Below, piece after piece: positions 33,667 through 43,227 of a stretch of 64,000 nt of DNA (position 1 is the first letter of the stretch; each line of letters opens with the position of its first letter). The position numbers and the translations under genes are program-made. Source of the DNA: Myxococcota bacterium (lineage in GTDB: Bacteria > Myxococcota_A > UBA796 > UBA9615 > JAKLKC01); contig JAKLKC010000024.1 of assembly GCA_023150875.1 (NCBI GenBank), positions 9,119-73,118 of the forward strand, written 5' to 3'. The notes under the pieces were generated by a model. It ran no database searches and was not told the origin of the DNA. It saw only the letters and a list, made by a program, of their open reading frames with translations.

Positions 33667-36285
33667 TCAGGGGCCGAGGACCGGCCGGAGCACGTAGCGC
33701 CAGGGGGACCAGCCGTCCCGGGACTCCCGGCGCGCCGCCAGCGCCTGCACCCGGGACCCGTCGTCGGCGGTGAACTCGATGGGGGCGCCCGGGGGGAGCG
33801 CGAAGGGCACCAGGACCGCGCCCCCCTGGGCCGGAGCCCCCAGGATCGGCACCCGCGCCAGGACCCGCCGCCGATCCCCCACGGGCGTCGCCACCAGGGT
33901 GTCCCCGGGCCGGGCCCACAGCGGGAGGGGCATGGGGATCCCCGGCGCCGCCGCCGGCAGGGGCTCCTCCCGGGGGATCGACCACAGCGGGCCGGTCCGG
34001 GAGGCGACGGTCCCGTCCGCCGCCACGTCCAGCACCATCCACGCCTCCGCCTGCCCCGGCGAGGCGAAGGGCTGGCGGTGGGACAGCGCCGTGAGACCGT
34101 CCGGGAGGCCGGCGGCCCGCCACGCCGGGGGCACGGGCGAGTACCGGGAGGGATCCCCGCCGCCGTCGTCCCCCACCCGCCGGAGCAGGCGCAGCCGAGA
34201 GGGATCCACCGGGCCCAGCACCCGGAGGTCCACCCCGGCGCTCCCCTCGCCCGGGGCCCCGCCCGCGGCGCTCACCCGGGCCGCCCCCTCGGGGTACAGC
34301 CACACCGGGCTCGACCACGCGCGCCCTCCCCCGGCGTCGAAGGCGCGGACCCGGTAGACGGCCCGCCCCGGGGGAGGGGCGGGATCGGTCCAGGCGAAGG
34401 AGACGGCCCAGGCCGGCCCGTCGCCCCCCGCGGGCGCCCTCGCCTCGTGGACCACGACCTCGTCCCGGAGCACCTCCACGCGGTCCACCGGCCCCTCCCC
34501 GGCGTAGGCCACCCGGACCTCCACCGCCCTCCCCCGGGCCCCGACCCCCCCCATGGGGACGCCGCCGGCCCGGAGGTCCAGGAGCGGGCGCCCGCCGTCG
34601 GTGGCGTAGGTGGCGCCCCGGCGCAGCGCCTGGAACACCGCCCCCCGCTCCGGCCCTGCCCCCACCACCGCCGTCAGGCCTCCGGGGTAGCCGCCCCAGG
34701 CGGTCCTCCCCAGCCTGCCGTCGTGGCCGTCCCCGGCGGCGAGGAGGCGCAGGGGGATCCCCCGGCCCAGGGCCAGGGTGACCGCTCCGTCGGGGTCCGC
34801 CCCCGGCACCGCCCCCGGGGCGCGGGCGTCCTCGGACTGGCCGTGGGCGGAGTAGACCTCGATGGCGGAGGTCAGGCCGGCGTGGAGCCTCTCCAGGCCC
34901 ACCCCCATCCAGGGGGAGGCGGAGGTGTGGGGCACCACCAGGGCCTCGCGCCCCCCGAGCCACCGGAACAGGGACGAGGGATCGAGGGCCCTGGCGCCGG
35001 CCTCCACCGGCGGCACCGCGGGCATCCGGCGGCCCAGGGCCATCTCCCACAGCCTCCGCGCCCCGGGCGCCATGGGCAGCTCCCCCGCCTCGCCGGGGAA
35101 GTACACGCAGGCGTGGGGGCCCAGGTCGTACTCGAAGGCGTGGAGGGTGGCGAAGCGCCCGGGGCGCTGGGCGTCGTCGGCGGCGCGGCGGACCCGGGCC
35201 CACGCCTCGGGGTCGAGCTGCCAGTCGTGCTCGGTCAGGGCCGCGAAGTCCACCCGGGCCACGTCCCGGGCGTGGGCGTAGGCGTCCTCGGGGGTGCCCG
35301 CCCCGTCGGAGAGGGCGGTGTGGCCGTGGAGGTCGCCGAACAGGACCGGGGCCGCGGCGGCGCCGACCCGCACGGGGTTGCTGGTGCCCACCCGCTCCCG
35401 GCCCTCCCCGTCCCGGGCGCGGACCCGGAGCCAGGCCCACCCCTCCCCGCGGAGCACCAGCCCCCTCGCCTCTCCGTCCACCGCCGTGCCCCCCTCCACC
35501 GGGACCGACCCGCCCCCCTCGTCCCGCGCCTCCACCCGGATCCCCGCGGCGGGGGCGGGCCCGGCGTCGTTCCGGAAGGCGTCCTCGAACCGCACCGACG
35601 CCGCGAAGGGCTCGCCGGGGCGGACCGTCGTGGGGGCGATCACCCGCAGCCGCTCCGGCGCCGCCGACACCATCGGCAGGGGCGCGTCGGGGGCGACGGC
35701 GAACGGCGGTTCGGACCCCGCGGGCCGGACGATGACCTCGGGGGTGATCCCCCCCGACAGGCGGGAGCGGGGGAGGCGCAGCCGGCGCACCGTCACCGTC
35801 GCCACGTCGCCGGTGGAGAGGCCCCGGGGCGCCCGCAGGCTCAGGGCGCCGGGATCGATCCCCGGCGGCGCCGTTCCCAGGGTCACGGGCCGGGGGGCAT
35901 CGGCGCGGGCGTGGCCGGGCTCCCCGGGTTCGTCCACCTGGGGCGTCCCCCCCGCCGCGCCGAACCAGGGGTGGGGCAGCGCCACCACCACTTCGCCCCC
36001 CGGTGCCAGCCCCCCGGCGCCGACCCGGATCCCAACGACGAGGTCCGCCTCGCCCCCCGCCACCAGGGGGCCGTCCGCCTCGGTCCAGGCGGCCCATGGA
36101 GCGTCCGCCGCACCGCCTCCGCAGCCCGCGAACGCCACGGCGAACACGGCGCCCCGGAGGTGCCGGAGGCGCTTCGCTCCCCGCCTCTCCAGGCGCGCCG
36201 GCGGATGCGGTCCCTGCGTCGTCGGGGGCGGCCTGGACACGCGGGGAGTGTATGCTCCCGGCGCATGTCGGGTCGACCGCCCCAC
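33667..36285 (-). CDS. Secreted/lipoprotein with a PHP-like (CehA/McbA-type) metal-dependent phosphoesterase motif. 872 aa.
   Basis: AVFAVAFAGCGG is lipobox-like. FGDLHGHTALSDGAGTPEDAYAHARDVARVDFAALTEHDW matches PHP-domain His-rich motifs. Confidence 0.5.
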   Translation of the reverse strand: MGRSTRHAPGAYTPRVSRPPPTTQGPHPPARLERRGAKRLRHLRGAVFAVAFAGCGGGAADAPWAAWTEADGPLVAGGEADLVVGIRVGAGGLAPGGEVVVALPHPWFGAAGGTPQVDEPGEPGHARADAPRPVTLGTAPPGIDPGALSLRAPRGLSTGDVATVTVRRLRLPRSRLSGGITPEVIVRPAGSEPPFAVAPDAPLPMVSAAPERLRVIAPTTVRPGEPFAASVRFEDAFRNDAGPAPAAGIRVEARDEGGGSVPVEGGTAVDGEARGLVLRGEGWAWLRVRARDGEGRERVGTSNPVRVGAAAAPVLFGDLHGHTALSDGAGTPEDAYAHARDVARVDFAALTEHDWQLDPEAWARVRRAADDAQRPGRFATLHAFEYDLGPHACVYFPGEAGELPMAPGARRLWEMALGRRMPAVPPVEAGARALDPSSLFRWLGGREALVVPHTSASPWMGVGLERLHAGLTSAIEVYSAHGQSEDARAPGAVPGADPDGAVTLALGRGIPLRLLAAGDGHDGRLGRTAWGGYPGGLTAVVGAGPERGAVFQALRRGATYATDGGRPLLDLRAGGVPMGGVGARGRAVEVRVAYAGEGPVDRVEVLRDEVVVHEARAPAGGDGPAWAVSFAWTDPAPPPGRAVYRVRAFDAGGGRAWSSPVWLYPEGAARVSAAGGAPGEGSAGVDLRVLGPVDPSRLRLLRRVGDDGGGDPSRYSPVPPAWRAAGLPDGLTALSHRQPFASPGQAEAWMVLDVAADGTVASRTGPLWSIPREEPLPAAAPGIPMPLPLWARPGDTLVATPVGDRRRVLARVPILGAPAQGGAVLVPFALPPGAPIEFTADDGSRVQALAARRESRDGWSPWRYVLRPVLGP

Positions 36286-37932
36286 GCCGTCTCACCGGAG
36301 CTTCGCGCCTTCCTGCTGGCGGCGATCCCGTCCCTGCTCCTGTTCCTGACCTACTGCGACGTGACGGTGAACGCCTCCGACGAGGGGGCGTGGATCTCGG
36401 CTGCGTGGGTGCTCCGGCAGGGGAGGGACCCCTTCCTGGACTACCTCTTCCCCCACCCGTCGGTGATGCCCTGGGTGTACGCCGCCCTCTTCGACCTGTT
36501 CGGCGAGAGCGTGCTGGTGGTCCGGGTCTTCTGGGCGGTGGTGCGGGCCTGCGCCGCCGGGTTCGCCACCCTGGCCGCCCGGGCCCTCCTGCCGGGCCGT
36601 CCCCTCCTGGCCGCCTTCCCGGCGGTGGCCCTCGCCCTGGCCGGGGGGCCCTGGCACAAGACCCACGTCGGGCTGGGGCTCGCGGTGGGCTGCTGGCTGC
36701 TGCTGCGCTTCCTCGCGCGGCCCTCCCCGGGCCGGGGCCTCGCCCTGGGCGCCTCCCAGGGGCTCGTGGCCTGCCTGGACCTCCCCAACAACGTCTTCGG
36801 GCTCCCGGGCACCGCCGCCGCCCTCTTCCTGGCGGTCGCCTCCCGCCCGAGGGGGGACCGGACCGCGGCGGGGCTCGGGCTCGGGGCCTGGATCGCCGGC
36901 CTGGCCCTCGGCCTCGCTCCCCTGGCGGCGGCGATGGCCCCCCGCCTCGGCGCCTTCGTCCTGGCCACCGGCTCCGGCGATCCCGTGCCCATCGATCCCT
37001 TCGAGATCGCCCGGGCGTCCTGGATCGGCTGGCCGGGGGTGGCGGCGACCCTGGCCTCGGGGCCCGATCCCTCCCGCCTGGTGGGGGCGATGTACCTGGA
37101 CGGCATGGCGCTGCTCCCCTTCGCCGCGGCCGCCGTGGGGGCGCGGGGGCTCAAGGCGGCGGCGGGCCGGGGGGAGGCCCGGGAGGCGTACCTCGGAGAG
37201 GCGCGGGCGAGGCTGGCCCTGGCCGCGGTGGCGGCGGGCCTGGTGGTGAAGGTCGCGGTGCGGGCCGACGCCCCCCACATGTTCCAGAACGCGATCCCCT
37301 TCTCGCTCCTCCTGTGCGCCCTCTGCGCCGACGGTGCCCGGGCCCTGGCCGGCGCCCACCGCCCCCGCCGCGCCGCCGCGCTGGCGGCGGGGGCCCTGGC
37401 CGCGGCCGCCGCGGGGTTGCTGGCGTTCACCGCCACCTACCCCGATCCCTACTACGCCGGCTCGGTGACGGTGCTCGCCCAGGCCGAGTCGCGGGTGGGC
37501 CTCCGGCGGGTGCCGCTCCGGGACCGGGCCCGGGTGGCCCGGGACCTGGAGCGCTTGGACGCCTTCCTGCGGATGAACGTGCCCCCCGGAGCGCCGGTCT
37601 TCGCCGGGCCCACCTGCCCCCTGGTCCACTTCATGTCGGAGCGGCCCAACGCGACCCGCCTGATCTGGTACACGCCGCCCAAGGGGGGATCGGAGAAGGG
37701 CACCTCCGCCGCCCTCGTGGAGCTGGACCGGGTCCGTCCCGACTGGGTCGTGTGGAACATCGGGCCTCCCCCCCACGGCGAGCTGGCCCACTTCGAGGCC
37801 AGAGCGCCGGAGCTCGTCGCCTACCTGCGCCGCCACTTCGAGAGGGTCACCCTCGTGGGGCCCTACGAGGTCCGGCGCCGCGTCCCGGTCCCTTCCTCAC
37901 CGCCGTCCAGGCCGCCCGCCGCTGCGCCCTGA
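36265..37932 (+). CDS. Polytopic membrane protein, GT-C fold glycosyltransferase-like (PMT_2/ArnT family-like).
   Basis: ATG at 36265. A periplasmic-loop motif DEGAWISAAWVL comes early, then 10+ TM helices and a C-terminal soluble domain. This is the same architecture as the 30204-32069 protein. Confidence 0.5.
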   Translation: MSGRPPHAVSPELRAFLLAAIPSLLLFLTYCDVTVNASDEGAWISAAWVLRQGRDPFLDYLFPHPSVMPWVYAALFDLFGESVLVVRVFWAVVRACAAGFATLAARALLPGRPLLAAFPAVALALAGGPWHKTHVGLGLAVGCWLLLRFLARPSPGRGLALGASQGLVACLDLPNNVFGLPGTAAALFLAVASRPRGDRTAAGLGLGAWIAGLALGLAPLAAAMAPRLGAFVLATGSGDPVPIDPFEIARASWIGWPGVAATLASGPDPSRLVGAMYLDGMALLPFAAAAVGARGLKAAAGRGEAREAYLGEARARLALAAVAAGLVVKVAVRADAPHMFQNAIPFSLLLCALCADGARALAGAHRPRRAAALAAGALAAAAAGLLAFTATYPDPYYAGSVTVLAQAESRVGLRRVPLRDRARVARDLERLDAFLRMNVPPGAPVFAGPTCPLVHFMSERPNATRLIWYTPPKGGSEKGTSAALVELDRVRPDWVVWNIGPPPHGELAHFEARAPELVAYLRRHFERVTLVGPYEVRRRVPVPSSPPSRPPAAAP

Positions 37933-38240
37933 TCACCCAGCGTGACGGGGCTGTCAGGAGAGGGCGAGCCGCAGTTGGTTCGAGTCAGGCGCCTTGCCGT
38001 TCCCGTTCGTCTCCCCTTCGACTCCGCTCTCGAACCGAAACCGGCTTCACACACAGGGACATCGAGCGCCCGAGCGATGTCCTCGACCACCGAGATGGTC
38101 GGGTTCCGCGTTCCGCGCTCAATCCCGCCGATGTAGGTCCAGTGCTTTCCTGCGCGGTGAGCCAGACCCTCCTGAGTCCAGCCTCGCGCCAGGCGAAGCT
38201 CCCGCACCCGCCTTCCGAACCGATGCTGAATGGTCGGCAC
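37863..38240 (-). CDS. XRE-family helix-turn-helix transcriptional regulator.
   Basis: LRLARGWTQEGLAHRAGKHWTYIGGIERGTRNPTISVVEDIARALDV matches the HTH_3 consensus. It sits in a lower-GC patch of about 350 nt. Confidence 0.6.
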   Translation of the reverse strand: MPTIQHRFGRRVRELRLARGWTQEGLAHRAGKHWTYIGGIERGTRNPTISVVEDIARALDVPVCEAGFGSRAESKGRRTGTARRLTRTNCGSPSPDSPVTLGDQGAAAGGLDGGEEGTGTRRRTS

Positions 38241-38323
38241 TGGAAGCGAACCCTATTGGAGCAAGCGCCCAAGGCACAGAGACTATAAGTATCGCCGCCG
38301 CCTCGCCCCCCCCGCCGGTCCCG

Positions 38324-39241
38324 TCACCGCCCCGCCATGGCCCGGTCGAGCCTCCGGGCGACGTCGGCGTAGCCCCTCTCGTTGGGGTGCCAGCCGTCGT
38401 CGGACACGAACTCGGCGGCGGGGTGGCTCAGGACGCCGAAGTTGCGGTTGTCCACCAGCACCGCGCCGGGGCACTCCCGCGAAGCCTCCACCTGGGCCTC
38501 CCGGACGTAGCGCCAGCCCCAGTGGTAGGTCATCACCGCCACCCTCGCCCCGGCCTCGGCCGCCAGGGTGCACAGGCGGCGGTAGTCGTGGGCGAGCCAC
38601 TCCTTCAGGAAGGGCTGGTCCCGGCGGATCCCCGACTCCTCCACCACCGGCCGGGCGGAGCTGTAGGCGTCGGGGGCGTCGGGGTCGATCACCTCCACCG
38701 GCCAGGCGGTGCCCCGGGTGCCGAAGGCCGCCCAGGCCCGCCCGAGCCCGGTGGAGGCGGCCACCCGCTCCACCACGCCCGCGGGCACCGCCTCCGCGGG
38801 GAAGTCGGTCCAGAACGAGGCTCGCCGCAGGTTCCACGAGTTGTTGTTGCCGATGGCCGCCACCACCCAGCGGGGCCGGGCCCCCGCCTGGAGCGCCCCC
38901 TCCAGCACCTCGACCGCCTCCGAGGAGTTGGCCCCGGGCACGGCGAGGTCGATCACCGGCTCCACCTCGCCCCGGGCCCTCCGGATCCCCGCGAGCTGCT
39001 GGGGCCACGAGAGGCCGGGCGGCGCGCCGATCCCGTAGGTGAAGCTGTCGCCGATGGCCAGCACCGCGACGGTCCCCGCCGCCGCGGCCCGGGCGACCTC
39101 TCCCCGCACCGGCGCCCGGGCGGCGTAGCGGACCGCCGAGTGGAGGGCCTCGAACAGGAGCAGCCCCAACAACGCGGCCAGCGCCAGCGTCCTCGCCCCG
39201 GGCCGTCGCCCCGGCCCCGTGCGCCGCGCGGTGTCCGCCAT
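38324..39241 (-). CDS. SGNH/GDSL-family hydrolase (secreted).
   Basis: Signal or TM segment LALAALLGLLLF. Block I is AIGDSFTYG. Block V is DGWHPNERGY. Confidence 0.75.
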   Translation of the reverse strand: MADTARRTGPGRRPGARTLALAALLGLLLFEALHSAVRYAARAPVRGEVARAAAAGTVAVLAIGDSFTYGIGAPPGLSWPQQLAGIRRARGEVEPVIDLAVPGANSSEAVEVLEGALQAGARPRWVVAAIGNNNSWNLRRASFWTDFPAEAVPAGVVERVAASTGLGRAWAAFGTRGTAWPVEVIDPDAPDAYSSARPVVEESGIRRDQPFLKEWLAHDYRRLCTLAAEAGARVAVMTYHWGWRYVREAQVEASRECPGAVLVDNRNFGVLSHPAAEFVSDDGWHPNERGYADVARRLDRAMAGR

Positions 39242-39463
39242 CCTCTCCGAGGGCTCCCGTGGCCGGCAGGCTACCCGCGGTCCCCCGGTCCTTCAAGCCA
39301 CCCGGCCGGTCCTCCGGTCCTCCCTCGTCCTTGACACGCCCGGGAGGGCGGTGCTAGCAGGAGCGTGGGCGTCACCCCTCCGAGCGGTCCACGAGGCCGC
39401 CGGTCCTCCCCGAGTGGGGCGGCGGGGCGCGGGTGCGCCGCTGGGACGACGGGAGGGAGGGAG

Positions 39464-40912
39464 ATGGCGCGGATCCTGTTGGTGAAGGTGGCCCGGTTCG
39501 GCCGACCGCTGCCCGGCGCCCCGCCCATCACCGTCTCGCCCCCCCTCGGGATCCTCTCCCTGGCCTCGCTGCTGCGGGAGCGCCGGGGCGACCGGCCCGC
39601 CGTGCTGGACATGAGGCTCTCGGGGGACCTCCGGCGCGCCCTCGACGACCTGGCGGGGGCGCTTCGGGCAGGGCGGCCGGAGATCGTGGGGCTGTCCGCC
39701 CTCTCCGTCGAGCACGAGTGCACCCACGCCGCGGCGGCCCTCGTCCGGCGGGAGCTGCCCGGCGCGAAGGTCGTCGTCGGGGGGCCCCACGGCACCGCCT
39801 ACCCCCGCCGCGTCCTCCAGGATCCGGCGGTGGACTTCGTGGTGCGGGGCGAGGGGGAGGAACCCCTGCTGGCCCTGCGGGACCACCTCGTGGAGAACGG
39901 CGGGCGCGGCGCGCCTCCCGAGGGGCTGGGGATCTGCCACCGCGTCCCGGGGGAGGACCCGGTGGTCCCGGACAGCCACGTGGGTGTCGCCCCCCTGGAC
40001 GAGTGGCCCATCCCCGCCTGGGACCTCTTCGACTTCGACCGCTACGCCCGCCACCCCGTCCGCATGGGGCAGGTGTCCGACGGCCTGCGCCACGCCGCCA
40101 TGTCCACCACCCGGGCCTGCCCCTACCGCTGCACCTACTGCCACAACATCTTCGGCAAGGACTTCCGCACCCGGAGCGTCGACCGGGTGCTGGAGGAGCT
40201 GGAGCTCCTGCGGGGTCGTCACCGGGTGCGGACCATCGAGTTCTACGACGACGTGTTCAACCTGGACCGCCGCCGCATGGGGGCGATGCTCACGGGCATG
40301 ATGGACGCCGGCCTGCGATTCAACCTCTACTTCCCCAACGGCCTCCGGGCGGACCTCCTGCGGGACGACGAGGTGCGGCTGCTCAAGGCGGCGGGGACGA
40401 AGCTGGTATCGGTGGCCGTCGAGAGCGCCTCGCCCCGGATCCAGAAGCGGATCCGCAAGAACCTCGACGTGGACCGGGTCTTCGACGTCGTCGACCTCGC
40501 CGCCCGGGAGCGCCTGTTCGTGCGGGGCTTCTTCATGCTCGGCTTCCCCACCGAGACCGAGGAGGAGGCCCGCGCCACCCTCGACTGGGCGGTGCGGAGC
40601 CGGCTGCACCTCGCCTCGTTCTTCACGGTGACTCCGTACGGGGCCACGGAGATGGCCGACGGCCTGGGCCTGGACGAGCACACCGCCCCCCTGGACGCGA
40701 TGGACTTCCAGACCGGCGTGAACACCCTCAGCGCCGTGGCTCCCGAGCGCCTGGCCGCCCTCCAGCAGGAGGGGTGGCGGCGCTTCTACTTCGACCCCGA
40801 TCGGATCCGGCGGATCGTCCGGGACAGCCCCGCCCTTCCCGGCATGCTCCACGCCCGCCTCCTCGCCGAGCGCGTGTTCCTGGACCGCTTCGCCGGACAG
40901 CGGAAGGGGTGA
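39464..40912 (+). CDS. B12-binding domain radical SAM enzyme.
   Basis: ATG with GGGAGGGAGG upstream. MARILLVKVARFG...LGILSLASLL is the cobalamin-binding domain. TRACPYRCTYCHN is the CxxxCxxC motif. Confidence 0.85.
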   Translation: MARILLVKVARFGRPLPGAPPITVSPPLGILSLASLLRERRGDRPAVLDMRLSGDLRRALDDLAGALRAGRPEIVGLSALSVEHECTHAAAALVRRELPGAKVVVGGPHGTAYPRRVLQDPAVDFVVRGEGEEPLLALRDHLVENGGRGAPPEGLGICHRVPGEDPVVPDSHVGVAPLDEWPIPAWDLFDFDRYARHPVRMGQVSDGLRHAAMSTTRACPYRCTYCHNIFGKDFRTRSVDRVLEELELLRGRHRVRTIEFYDDVFNLDRRRMGAMLTGMMDAGLRFNLYFPNGLRADLLRDDEVRLLKAAGTKLVSVAVESASPRIQKRIRKNLDVDRVFDVVDLAARERLFVRGFFMLGFPTETEEEARATLDWAVRSRLHLASFFTVTPYGATEMADGLGLDEHTAPLDAMDFQTGVNTLSAVAPERLAALQQEGWRRFYFDPDRIRRIVRDSPALPGMLHARLLAERVFLDRFAGQRKG

Positions 40913-41053
40913 GGGGGGGGCGTGACCGCCCTCCGGCCCTCCTCCCCCCTGGCTTCGGGCCTGCTCTACAATGCCCCCCTCCGGGGGCGCTCCCGGAGGG
41001 ACCGGTCCCGCGGTGGGGGCGCGGTCCTCGTCCCACTCCCGGCCCGGCGCAGG

Positions 41054-41806
41054 ATGCCCGATCCCGTCTCCTTCCTCGGCCTGCCCCTCCACCCGGTGAC
41101 GGTGGAGCAGGCGGTGTCCCTCGTCGAGGGCGCCGTGTCCCGGGGCGGCCGGCTCAACCACGTCGCCCTGAACGCCGCGAAGGTGGCCACGGCGCGGCGG
41201 GTGCCCGCCCTCGCCCGGGCGATCCGCGCCGCGGGCCTGGTGACGGCGGACGGCCAGGGGGTGGTCTGGGGGGCCCGCCTCCTGGGCCTGGGGGTGCCCG
41301 AGCGGGTGACGGGGATCGACCTGATGGACCGGCTGGTGGCCCTGGCGGCGGAGCGGGGCTTCCGGACCTACTTCCTGGGGGCGCGTCCCGAGGTGGTGGA
41401 GGCCACCGTCGCCCACTACCGCCGCGCCCACCCGGACCTCGCCGTCGCCGGGGCCCGGGACGGCTACTTCGGGGAGGGCGAGGAGGCCTCGGTCGCCCGG
41501 ACCGTGCGGGACGCCGGCGCCGACCTCCTCTTCTGCGCCCTGCCCACCCCGCGCAAGGAGGTTTTCCTGGACCGGTGGTTCGCCGAGACCGGGGCCCGCT
41601 TCGCCATGGGGGTGGGCGGCGCCTTCGACGTCGTGGCCGGGGTGAGGCGGCGGGCGCCCCCGTGGCTCCAGGAGGCGGGGCTGGAGTGGTTCTACCGCTT
41701 CGCCCAGGAGCCGGTGCGCCTCGGGCGCCGCACCTTCGTCGACCAGGGGACCTACCTGCTCCTCCTCGCCTCCGCCCTGCTCCCCCGGAGGGGCCCGCGC
41801 CCGTGA
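41054..41806 (+). CDS. WecB/TagA/CpsF-family glycosyltransferase.
   Basis: FLGLPLHPVTVEQAV...GGRLNHVALNAAKVA...GVGGAFDVVAGVRRRAPPWLQEAGLEWFYRFAQEP is the WecG/TagA signature. Confidence 0.8.
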   Translation: MPDPVSFLGLPLHPVTVEQAVSLVEGAVSRGGRLNHVALNAAKVATARRVPALARAIRAAGLVTADGQGVVWGARLLGLGVPERVTGIDLMDRLVALAAERGFRTYFLGARPEVVEATVAHYRRAHPDLAVAGARDGYFGEGEEASVARTVRDAGADLLFCALPTPRKEVFLDRWFAETGARFAMGVGGAFDVVAGVRRRAPPWLQEAGLEWFYRFAQEPVRLGRRTFVDQGTYLLLLASALLPRRGPRP

Positions 41807-43227
41807 GCCGCCCCCAGAGGAGCGCCGCCCGCGTCGCCCGGGGAGGGGCCGACGCCGCCTTGATCCTGCTCTCGTTCTGCGCCGCCTACGTGGTGCGCTT
41901 CGAGTGGCTGCCGGCCTACACGCGCCCGGAGTCCCTCGCCGCCCACTTCGAGACCAACGGGTGGCTGCCCCTGCTGGCGGTCCCCGCGTGGTGGCTGCTG
42001 CTCTACGTCCAGGGGGGCTACGCGCCCCTGCGTTCCGCCCTGCCGTGGACGTGGGCGGGGCGGGTGTTCCGGGCGGGGGCGATGGTCCTGCTCCTCCTCG
42101 GGGCCGCGGTCTTCCTGGGGAAGGTGGAGGACTTCAGCCGGGGCTTCTTCGTGGCGTTCGTGGGCCTGTCCGCGGCCTCCCTCTCCCTCGTCCGCGCCGC
42201 GGGGCGCGCCTCCCTCCCCCTGGCCCTGGGGCCCGGGGACGTGGCGGAGCGCCGGGTGCTGGTGGTGGGCACCGGGGAGGAGGCCCGCCTCTACGACCTG
42301 GCCCTGGCCGCGCCCGAGAGGGGGGCCCGGGTGGTGGGGTTCCTCGATCCCTCGGGGAACGTCCCCCCCGCCGTCCCCGCGGGCCGGGTCCTCGGCACCC
42401 TCGAGGACCTGGACGGGCTCGTGGAGCGGGAGGGCGTGGACGAGGTCGCCTTCGCCGTGCCCTTCCGGCAGCTCGACGGGATCCAGGAGCACCTCGCCCG
42501 CTGCGAGGAGGTCGGCGCCGAGGTCCGGGTGGTCGCCGACTTCCTGGGCCTCTCCCTCAGCTCCGTCCACGTCGAGTCCGTGGGCGGCCTGCCCATGCTC
42601 TCCTTCGTCCCTACGCCCTCCTGGCGCCTCCAGTTCTTCCTGAAGCGGGTACTGGACGTGGTGCTGGCGGCGACGATGCTCGCCGCCCTGTCCCCGGTGA
42701 TGCTGGCGGTCGCCGCGGGGGTCAAGCTCACCTCGCCGGGGCCGGTCCTGTTCCGGCAGACCCGCTGCGGGCTCCGGGGCCGCCCCTTCCAGTTCCTGAA
42801 GTTCCGCTCCATGTACCGGGACGCCGAGGCCCGCCGGTCCGCCCTGGAGCCCCGCAACGAGCAGCGGGGCCCGGTGTTCAAGATCCGGGACGACCCCCGG
42901 ATCACCCCCTTCGGGCGCTTCATCCGCCGCCGCTCCCTGGACGAGCTGCCCCAGCTCGTGAACGTGCTGCGGGGCGAGATGAGCCTGGTCGGACCGCGGC
43001 CCCCCCTGCCCCACGAGGTGGACCGGTACGAGCGGTGGCAGCGCCGGCGGCTGTCCATGCGCCCGGGGCTCACCTGCATCTGGCAGGTCAGCGGGCGCAA
43101 CGAGGTCCCCTTCGAGCGGTGGATGGAGATGGACCTCCGCTACATCGACGAGTGGTCCCTCTGGCTCGACGTGAAGATCCTCCTCCTGACGGTCCCGGCG
43201 GTGCTGAGCGCCCGGGGAGCCAGTTGA
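41803..43227 (+). CDS. Polyprenyl-phosphate sugar phosphotransferase (WbaP/WcaJ/EpsB bacterial sugar transferase family).
   Basis: GTG overlaps the upstream stop. The C-terminal domain KRVLDVVLAATMLAALSPVMLAVAAGVKLTSPGPVLFRQTRCGLRGRPFQFLKFRSM...DELPQLVNVLRGEMSLVGPRP is canonical. Confidence 0.85.
   Translation: MSRPQRSAARVARGGADAALILLSFCAAYVVRFEWLPAYTRPESLAAHFETNGWLPLLAVPAWWLLLYVQGGYAPLRSALPWTWAGRVFRAGAMVLLLLGAAVFLGKVEDFSRGFFVAFVGLSAASLSLVRAAGRASLPLALGPGDVAERRVLVVGTGEEARLYDLALAAPERGARVVGFLDPSGNVPPAVPAGRVLGTLEDLDGLVEREGVDEVAFAVPFRQLDGIQEHLARCEEVGAEVRVVADFLGLSLSSVHVESVGGLPMLSFVPTPSWRLQFFLKRVLDVVLAATMLAALSPVMLAVAAGVKLTSPGPVLFRQTRCGLRGRPFQFLKFRSMYRDAEARRSALEPRNEQRGPVFKIRDDPRITPFGRFIRRRSLDELPQLVNVLRGEMSLVGPRPPLPHEVDRYERWQRRRLSMRPGLTCIWQVSGRNEVPFERWMEMDLRYIDEWSLWLDVKILLLTVPAVLSARGAS

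Noticed and set aside
39464-40912. Interpreting the three B12-rSAM genes as cobalamin or bacteriochlorophyll (BchE) or hopanoid (HpnP) housekeeping genes.
   Set aside because: There is no neighbouring tetrapyrrole or hopanoid biosynthesis context. All three are embedded in glycan-related genes. The function is left open.
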